Below are positions 58,005-64,000 of a DNA stretch of 64,000 nucleotides, in pieces; position 1 is the stretch's first letter, and each line of letters begins with the position of its first letter. Below the pieces are notes generated by a model. It saw only the letters and a list, made by a program, of their open reading frames with translations, was not told where the DNA came from and did no database searches. This DNA is from an uncultured virus (IMG/VR IMGVR_UViG_3300012259_000001) (Duplodnaviria; Heunggongvirae; Uroviricota; Caudoviricetes): positions 1-64,000 of IMG/VR virus record IMGVR_UViG_3300012259_000001; one strand, 5' to 3'. Position numbers and translations under genes: made by a program.

Positions 58005-58144
58005 GCGACTTGAAGCTACCCGTACCGAATCCGAAGGCTCGAGAAGAGACTTTGAAGCGGGTTGAGCAGTTTCAACAAGCCCAAACTGAGTTGAAGAAAC
58101 GGTGCGAAGAGTTGGGCATCCCGGTTCCCGAGATGGTCTGTTAA
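57983..58144 (+). CDS. Small hypothetical protein (53 aa)
   Basis: Not in ORF track; GAGG RBS; MLRPIKLSDLKLPVPNPKAREETLKRVEQF... Confidence 0.6.
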   Translation: MLRPIKLSDLKLPVPNPKAREETLKRVEQFQQAQTELKKRCEELGIPVPEMVC

Positions 58145-58708
58145 GGTTTTGGTGGGGTTGGAGCCTAGAGCGATACCTTTTCCTGGTCGCTCTACCAACC
58201 CACCATTTTTAATAAGGGGCTTTGTATAAGAGTCTTGATCATCGGTGGTATGGGTGCATTGGCGTTGGCGCACTTACTGAATCACGGAGCCCTTGGGGTT
58301 GAAGTTCAGGGTGTGGATGCCGACTACTATACTACCGCCGACAGCTGGTCGCAGAAGGTTTACGCTTTGCGGTCATTCGAGCACGAGGCAGCAACACGAG
58401 AAGGAATCGATATCCTCCGTGTTAAAGCAGCTTACGGGTTCGGACTGATTGGGAGTTGGCCTAGGCGACACTACATGCCGGGTACGTCCCACCACACCCA
58501 TAGGGCGGGTGTAAGGTGCAGACGTCTCCTATTTCCCATCAACCGCCCATGCGAGCATACAAGGAATCTTTTTCTTTCTGCTTCTCATCATGCTGGCCTT
58601 ATGCTACCAATGGCGCCAAGTCATTTGGGTGGTTCGGTCAGTGCTGGCGGTCAACGGAGCGTCTATCTTTGGACATAGACTGAGGGCAAGTCCGCACCCT
58701 GAAAGTTT

Positions 58709-59048
58709 GCGGCATAAAACCCCCCACGTGTTCGCAGGGTTCAGGTCCCTGTTTTAAGATAGAAGCGCCTATCTTGACGCGCTATATATATGAACCGATT
58801 AAGTTCGGCATTAAAGGGTTTGCCAACCCAGCAGTCGTTAATAGTAACACACCTGGGACGAACGGCCTCTATCAGCTGTCCACCCCCCTAGGGTTTGCTT
58901 GATAGCTTCAAAAGCAATAAAGAACACCCCCCTCGGCCGCAGCCCAGGCAGTAGTGTAAGCTAGCAGTAGCCCTTTGAGGCAGCAGCTAAGCAAAAGACA
59001 CTCCGACCTGACTCGAGTCGAGACGGGGGCGTTTCCTATTTATGCCGC
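58709..59048. ncRNA. Candidate structured ncRNA (about 340 nt)
   Basis: No ORF; ends complementary (GCGGCATAAA/TTTATGCCGC); many internal hairpins. Confidence 0.45.
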
Positions 59049-59660
59049 CTAGTTGATTTTGCCTCGGCGTACAAATTTCAGTAGCTTGGAGCGCACCAGG
59101 TCGTAAGGCCGGACGGTGCTACCCAATCTACCCTTCAAGAGTTCTATGCCGCCAAAGCGTAGGACCTCAACCACGAATTCAGAACAGATGGAGATCTGTC
59201 CATCCTCAGAGGAAAAGATGTTCTTGCGGAAGATGGCGTTGAACAAACCCAGATGGTTATACCGAGTCTGGTTGGGGTTTGCAGCAAGGTATTCCACCCG
59301 TTCCTTGATCTGACGGTACGCTGCGTCTGTTACTTTTAACTCATAAAGCGAATAAAATGAACCGTACAAGTTAGCACGATCTTCCACCATGAAACCGCCC
59401 TTAAGTGAACTGATGCCGTTGTTCAGGGCGTAGGTGTAGATAGGATCGTCGAAACTGTCGGTTAACATCAAGGACACATGGTTGTAAGGATCACCCGTAA
59501 TCAGTTTACTGACTTTGCTAAACTGGGTCTTGGTGTCCGTCAACAGAATGTAAATCGAGGGTGCGTCACGGCGTTTAGCCGCATCAACCAACTCGATCCC
59601 TTCGGCACTATAAACCAAACTGAGATTTGGGTCGAAGAGGGAAGTAAGTTTAGCCGTCAT
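59049..59660 (-). CDS. Permuted papain-like (YiiX/YebB, NlpC/P60 superfamily) enzyme
   Basis: YNHVSL (His) precedes ICSEFV (Cys); V.PYDL; AGGAG RBS. Confidence 0.8.
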   Translation of the reverse strand: MTAKLTSLFDPNLSLVYSAEGIELVDAAKRRDAPSIYILLTDTKTQFSKVSKLITGDPYNHVSLMLTDSFDDPIYTYALNNGISSLKGGFMVEDRANLYGSFYSLYELKVTDAAYRQIKERVEYLAANPNQTRYNHLGLFNAIFRKNIFSSEDGQISICSEFVVEVLRFGGIELLKGRLGSTVRPYDLVRSKLLKFVRRGKIN

Positions 59661-59716
59661 GGGACGTTCTCCTAACGGTGAGACTAAAACTAAAACGGAA
59701 ATAAGAAGTAGCCAAC

Positions 59717-60088
59717 ATGAAAACTAGCAAGGGTGTAATACCTTTTGTGATCTACCTCATCATAGCAGTAGGGATGCTGGGGATATATAAATGGGCAGGC
59801 CTTGCGTTAACCCATCGTATCGCAATGGTGTGGACTTTCTATGCGGGTGCTAGAGCACTCTGCCTAGCAGTGTTGGGGGGGAAGGCCGTTGAGATTTGGT
59901 TGAAGTCAGCAACTGACCAAGCCAGCTTGACGTTTATGACTGTTGTGGTCGGTATCATCCCTTTCATTTTCCTAGGGTGGTGGGGACCTTTGGCGTTCGG
60001 GTGTGTATCATTCGCATTCGAATACCTGTCCTATCAACTCGTACGGAAATACACGTGGAGTAAAACTCATGGTAGACATTACCATTAA
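59717..60088 (+). CDS. Multi-pass membrane protein
   Basis: About four hydrophobic segments. Confidence 0.7.
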   Translation: MKTSKGVIPFVIYLIIAVGMLGIYKWAGLALTHRIAMVWTFYAGARALCLAVLGGKAVEIWLKSATDQASLTFMTVVVGIIPFIFLGWWGPLAFGCVSFAFEYLSYQLVRKYTWSKTHGRHYH

Positions 60089-60491
60089 TGCCGATAAGTC
60101 TTACGTGCGGCTTAATAACGGCAACACGATTGAACATGATGAAGAAGGAACTGTCTTCATCCGTAACATCACCCCGCAACTGGATGACCCTGCGCGGACT
60201 CACACCCACTACACCAACATTCAGAGCCTGTCTAATGAAGGCACCTCCATGATCGAACTGATCAAGCGGGGCATTGAAACTGGTAATTGGGAGGGACGTT
60301 CCAAACACACGCTGGTACGTTCAGGTCAACCTGGTTGCTATCGCTATTTTCCGGTACCCCTGCTTTTTGAGGACGATGACAGCATCCGTCGTGCTAGCCA
60401 AGAAGCCGGATTACACACCCACCCAGATGGATGGTATAAGTACCGCCGCAACCTTGTTTCTCAGCTCGTTGGACTGCCTCAGATTCCCTGA
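60069..60491 (+). CDS. Hypothetical protein
   Basis: Start at ATG 60069 after GGAG. Confidence 0.7.
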   Translation: MVDITINADKSYVRLNNGNTIEHDEEGTVFIRNITPQLDDPARTHTHYTNIQSLSNEGTSMIELIKRGIETGNWEGRSKHTLVRSGQPGCYRYFPVPLLFEDDDSIRRASQEAGLHTHPDGWYKYRRNLVSQLVGLPQIP

Positions 60492-60507
60492 GGTGGCACA
60501 AAACCTC

Positions 60508-60533
60508 AGGAGGCTTCGGCCTCCTTTTTTTTT
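60508..60533 (+). terminator. Intrinsic terminator
   Basis: AGGAGGC-TTCG-GCCTCCT plus T tract. Confidence 0.85.
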
Positions 60534-60554
60534 CTCGGGGCTTTGCCCTATAGT

Positions 60555-61003
60555 ATGCGATCTAATCGTTGTATGAAAAAAAAATCCGTTGGTTTTCACG
60601 GTCAATGGATTAACACCAAGTGTCTCTCGCTGGCAACGTCTATGGCGCTGCTCCGTGTGTACGGATAACCGAGTTATGGGTCTCGGTGAAAGCTGTGTGA
60701 GAAGATACAAAGGTGACCCGGACTTTGCCACCGTTCATTTGTTTGTTTGCGCACGGTGGAGCGAGCAAAGTTATTACAATCCGTAGGACGGGGTAGCGGT
60801 TTTTTCAGTGGGTGAACGAGGCTGGATTATGTTCTGATGCAACAACGACTCGGGAACGGTGTTGTGTCGTACAGAGAACATCGCTGGTAGGTACAGGACT
60901 GCTTAAGGGGAAGTCTTCGTACGTTACCAGGCCGGTCAGTTTACTCCTTTCCACCCAGAAGGTGGGGTGTAGAGGGAGGGGTTCGCCCCTCCCTTTATGC
61001 CGC
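60555..61003 (+). ncRNA. Candidate structured ncRNA (about 450 nt)
   Basis: Lies between a terminator and a hairpin-TTTATGCCG element; starts near TAGTATG; densely base-paired; no credible ORF. Confidence 0.55.
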
Positions 61004-61176
61004 CATTTCTTTGAATCTTTTATAAGCCCTCTAGGGAGCGCATGATAGCGTTTTCGTCTGTTAAACAATACCTAGCCACGTATTTTATAGAGAACCCCTT
61101 GTAACGCATCCTAAGAAGTTTCAAACCTATAACATCTTAGTGAAGTGGCCGACCCCTTTAAAGAAAGGATTAACCT

Positions 61177-61698
61177 GTGAAATACGTTATCCCCACCCGT
61201 GATTGGGTTGAGTTCCTAAAGGCAAGACTTCACGATATCATCGAAGAAGGGATGATCCCGAAAGAAGAATTGCGTTTTAGCAACTCGGTGTGTACCCACG
61301 TGGTGCGGCACCTGCTGATCATGCGTTTGCGTGATCTAATGCTGTGGTATGAAGATGAGCTGGAGCTGAATCTGGTGGACCGTAAGGATATGCTAGTATC
61401 CTTTGAAGTCGAGGTTATGGAGAGTCTGATCGCACGGATCTTTCCTGGTTTTGCCAATGTGGTCGGCGTAACCAAAAACCCTGACCCGGTCTTACTTAAG
61501 TGGGGCGAGATCATCGAGCTTGAGGTGATCGAACCTCTGGACAGTTTCCTTCAAGACCACCTTGCCAGCTCCTTCTCACTTGAACCCAGTTGGCAACACG
61601 CCACACTCAAGCAGATGGGTAACAGTTACATTTTGAATCGCGGGGAAGATTACCGTGCACTATTCTGGGACAAATACCGAAGCGCCATCAAACCCTAG
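61177..61698 (+). CDS. Conserved-block hypothetical protein
   Basis: 173 aa; AAGGA RBS with GTG start. Confidence 0.75.
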   Translation: MKYVIPTRDWVEFLKARLHDIIEEGMIPKEELRFSNSVCTHVVRHLLIMRLRDLMLWYEDELELNLVDRKDMLVSFEVEVMESLIARIFPGFANVVGVTKNPDPVLLKWGEIIELEVIEPLDSFLQDHLASSFSLEPSWQHATLKQMGNSYILNRGEDYRALFWDKYRSAIKP

Positions 61699-62155
61699 AC
61701 GGGTGGTGGTTGAGACCTCTCGGGTCTTGGGGTTCATGGAGACTGCGCTATGCGATCACTTCGGTGCCGCTGCTCAGTACCTGAACCTGGAGTCGATCCT
61801 CTACCAACTGGTAGAGAACCGTATAAGCGGTAATGTGATGGCGTGCTGTGAAGTCATCAAGAAACAAATCGCTGATTACGGACTGGAGACGACCCAACTC
61901 GAAGAGATCTTCGATGCGGTGCGTGACCAGATGAACCAAATCTTCAACCTCAGCTTCGAGTACGACATCAGCGAGTACGTCTGTAACTTTCGTCTGATTC
62001 GACGGGGAGATACCTTAGTGGAAATCCTTCGTGAGCGAGATGCGCCTGTCACCTTCAATATTGAGGAACAAGCACAGGAGTGGTTGGAAGAAGCAGAAGA
62101 CAACGGTGACTACGTCCCCGAACGTGTCCGACGTGCCTTGGAAGCAATGCGATGA
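61655..62155 (+). CDS. Conserved-block hypothetical protein
   Basis: Acidic; exact start uncertain. Confidence 0.7.
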   Translation: MHYSGTNTEAPSNPRRVVVETSRVLGFMETALCDHFGAAAQYLNLESILYQLVENRISGNVMACCEVIKKQIADYGLETTQLEEIFDAVRDQMNQIFNLSFEYDISEYVCNFRLIRRGDTLVEILRERDAPVTFNIEEQAQEWLEEAEDNGDYVPERVRRALEAMR

Positions 62156-62562
62156 GCCAGGTGGTGGTGTTGGCAATCCCGAACTCCGAACTACCACCTG
62201 CCCCCCTTAAACTCTTGACGTACTTAAATGAGTCGTCGCAAAGCTTGTGTTGTTTGGCTGTGAAACTCTTAGGTAATAGGAGCGACAGTCAAGTGTTGGC
62301 CGATTTATTCTTTGATCGGGTCTTAGGTGATGAAGGGGTGGCGTACTCGGAAACGGTGACCCACCTACACCAACAGTACCAAGATTACATGAATGCGCTG
62401 GACCACTTACTCTTCCAATACATGGGAGAGCATATGAGTCAGTGTAACCTTCGCGTCAGCAAACAAACCCAAGCTGTGCTAGTCGTGGAATGTCACTATG
62501 ATCCTATCGATCCCCTTGAGTCACCTGATAGCGATGTACGAACACGTGGAGCCACACCTTGA
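62152..62562 (+). CDS. Conserved-block hypothetical protein
   Basis: 136 aa; ATGA overlap. Confidence 0.7.
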   Translation: MSQVVVLAIPNSELPPAPLKLLTYLNESSQSLCCLAVKLLGNRSDSQVLADLFFDRVLGDEGVAYSETVTHLHQQYQDYMNALDHLLFQYMGEHMSQCNLRVSKQTQAVLVVECHYDPIDPLESPDSDVRTRGATP

Positions 62563-62953
62563 GCAAAATAAGATGTCTCTCAAGGACTTCATGGAAACAT
62601 CGGTTACGGTCATGGATAAAGTTGAGATAGCCGACCAACGTAGCTACTGCAGTCACCCTGCGTACTACTTGGACTTCTCAAGTCCCTTCCCCCTCCCCAG
62701 TACTCCCCCGAGATCCACCACCATTCTGGCTGAGTTCGAGCAAAAAATACAACACGTGAATCCAACGAATTGTTATGAAGACGTGAACGACGCCGTCGTC
62801 CACCATCAACTTACTGCGTTGGCTTTAGAAGTGTATTATGAACTCGTGAACTTCATGGAGGTTTACAAAATCGCAAACCACCCGATGCTGTATCGCAGTG
62901 TGGTCGGTTGGCGAGGTCAGAATATGCTAGTCAAAGTCTGCCGCAGATCCTAG
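62498..62953 (+). CDS. Conserved-block hypothetical protein
   Basis: 151 aa. Confidence 0.7.
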   Translation: MILSIPLSHLIAMYEHVEPHLEQNKMSLKDFMETSVTVMDKVEIADQRSYCSHPAYYLDFSSPFPLPSTPPRSTTILAEFEQKIQHVNPTNCYEDVNDAVVHHQLTALALEVYYELVNFMEVYKIANHPMLYRSVVGWRGQNMLVKVCRRS

Positions 62954-62991
62954 AGGGCTTAGGCCCTCTAGTATGCCGGAGATTTTATAGA

Positions 62992-63408
62992 ATGAATTTA
63001 GTCATTGACTTGCGCGATGCAGTATCGGATTTCACAGGCGCCACACGAGCCATGACTAACATGGACTACGACATTGCTGAGATCGTAGTCAGTTTGACCG
63101 ACATCATGTTACGCCGCTATGATCCTATGGCGGTAAATGGTTACGTGTTCTCCTATCAGGTGTATGGACATTCTACCCAACACCCCAATAACGACGGGAT
63201 GATCCTTTCAACGGCTATCTCCGTTCTTTCCAATACCTTACAACATCGTCTGTCGGCCATGCAGGTCTACACACCCCAGGGCGAGAGCCTTTTCCAACTC
63301 GATCGTTTCGTCGGGGAACTGTTGGTGTTAAAACCTAAATTGCTGATTACTTCTAACCTCGAGGTTAATCTGCATTATGAAACTCATAAACGTCTCGACC
63401 ACCTCTGA
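62992..63408 (+). CDS. Conserved-block hypothetical protein
   Basis: Start at ATG 62992 (MNLVIDL) after GGAG. Confidence 0.7.
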   Translation: MNLVIDLRDAVSDFTGATRAMTNMDYDIAEIVVSLTDIMLRRYDPMAVNGYVFSYQVYGHSTQHPNNDGMILSTAISVLSNTLQHRLSAMQVYTPQGESLFQLDRFVGELLVLKPKLLITSNLEVNLHYETHKRLDHL

Positions 63409-63781
63409 GGATATTGAAGAAGCCCTTCAGCTAGTGGGTCGACACCTGAACCAAGATGCGCTTAATGACATCCCAGGGTTGAGTCAGGCGGTTAAGCATC
63501 TGTTGGCCTACATCGTCCAATCGATCTACGAAGCCATTGATCCGTTCGACGAACCGAGCCTGTCGGGGGAGATCGAACAATTCGACAGTCAACTCTTGGA
63601 TAAAGTAATTCACCATGTCCAACAGTTGGCCGAAGATCCGCTACTCAAACCCTTGCTTAAGCAAGGTAAGATTCGCGACATCACTTTTCTTAACGATGAG
63701 GGTTTGATCCTTCTCGAACTGGAGTCCAAACACAATGGCCACGCAAGACCAATTCCCACTTTCAAAGCAAGTCTCTTTTGA
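63377..63781 (+). CDS. Conserved-block hypothetical protein
   Basis: 134 aa; GAGGT RBS. Confidence 0.75.
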   Translation: MKLINVSTTSEDIEEALQLVGRHLNQDALNDIPGLSQAVKHLLAYIVQSIYEAIDPFDEPSLSGEIEQFDSQLLDKVIHHVQQLAEDPLLKPLLKQGKIRDITFLNDEGLILLELESKHNGHARPIPTFKASLF

Positions 63782-64000
63782 AGTCTACCCCAGCCTGATC
63801 CTGGGTAACAACTTCAAAAACGTTAAGGTGATGGGTATCGTTGATGCGGACACCGCACGTATGTTGGGTCTGGATGCACCGGCCATGCATGCCAACGTTT
63901 ACCCCACACTGCCTCAGGGGTCGGTAGATGCGTACGATGAGTACCTCTACGTCCGAGTCAAACACAGCAATGGTCAACAATCCATTCTGGGTTTGCCTTG
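63735..64000 (+). CDS. Conserved jumbo-phage core protein, truncated by window edge
   Basis: ATG 63735 after GGAG; MATQDQFPLSKQVSFEVYPSLILGNNFKNVKV... open to the window end. Confidence 0.7.
   Translation, partial: MATQDQFPLSKQVSFEVYPSLILGNNFKNVKVMGIVDADTARMLGLDAPAMHANVYPTLPQGSVDAYDEYLYVRVKHSNGQQSILGLP

Noticed and set aside
58235..58678. 147-aa ORF as a real gene
   Set aside because: TTG start without a convincing RBS, atypical composition, and overlap with many stem-loops; left uncalled
58145..59048. tRNA, tmRNA or RNase P RNA
   Set aside because: No cloverleaf with a TTCRA T-loop and acceptor stem, and no tmRNA termini. GAGGGCAAGTCC only loosely resembles the RNase P P4 motif, and the matching 3' element is not evident.
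1..64000. Alternative genetic code or stop-codon reassignment
   Set aside because: Core genes are full length in the standard code, and all three stop codons terminate genes

Overview
This window comes from a phiKZ-related, nucleus-forming jumbo phage (Chimalliviridae-like). The assignment rests on a split virion RNA polymerase (beta-prime with DYDGD; beta), a gp175-type prohead protease, a giant tail lytic-transglycosylase protein, a tail tube/sheath/baseplate/terminase block, PhuZ tubulin and TATATTAC early promoters. phiKZ gene-number equivalences are from my recall of family gene order and motifs, not from a database search. Beyond the core genes, the sequence shows several unexplained systems. 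(1) A C-terminal P-[PK]-S-[AS]-x-W-stop tag is shared by the head protease and three unrelated downstream enzyme-like genes, a candidate capsid-cargo sorting signal. (2) Six dispersed proteins share an N-terminal triple K/R-x-x-G-x-W module fused to variable domains, candidate swappable adhesins. (3) A covarying hairpin, CT-[NAGG]-AG, is built on the Shine-Dalgarno of nine mostly early genes. (4) A GIY-YIG homing endonuclease has split off the 5' end of the beta-prime gene and supplies a recoded replacement. (5) A recurrent hairpin-plus-TATGCC intergenic element occurs throughout. (6) Two long, highly structured non-coding regions and a candidate origin/priming region are present. No tRNA, rRNA or CRISPR array could be supported.
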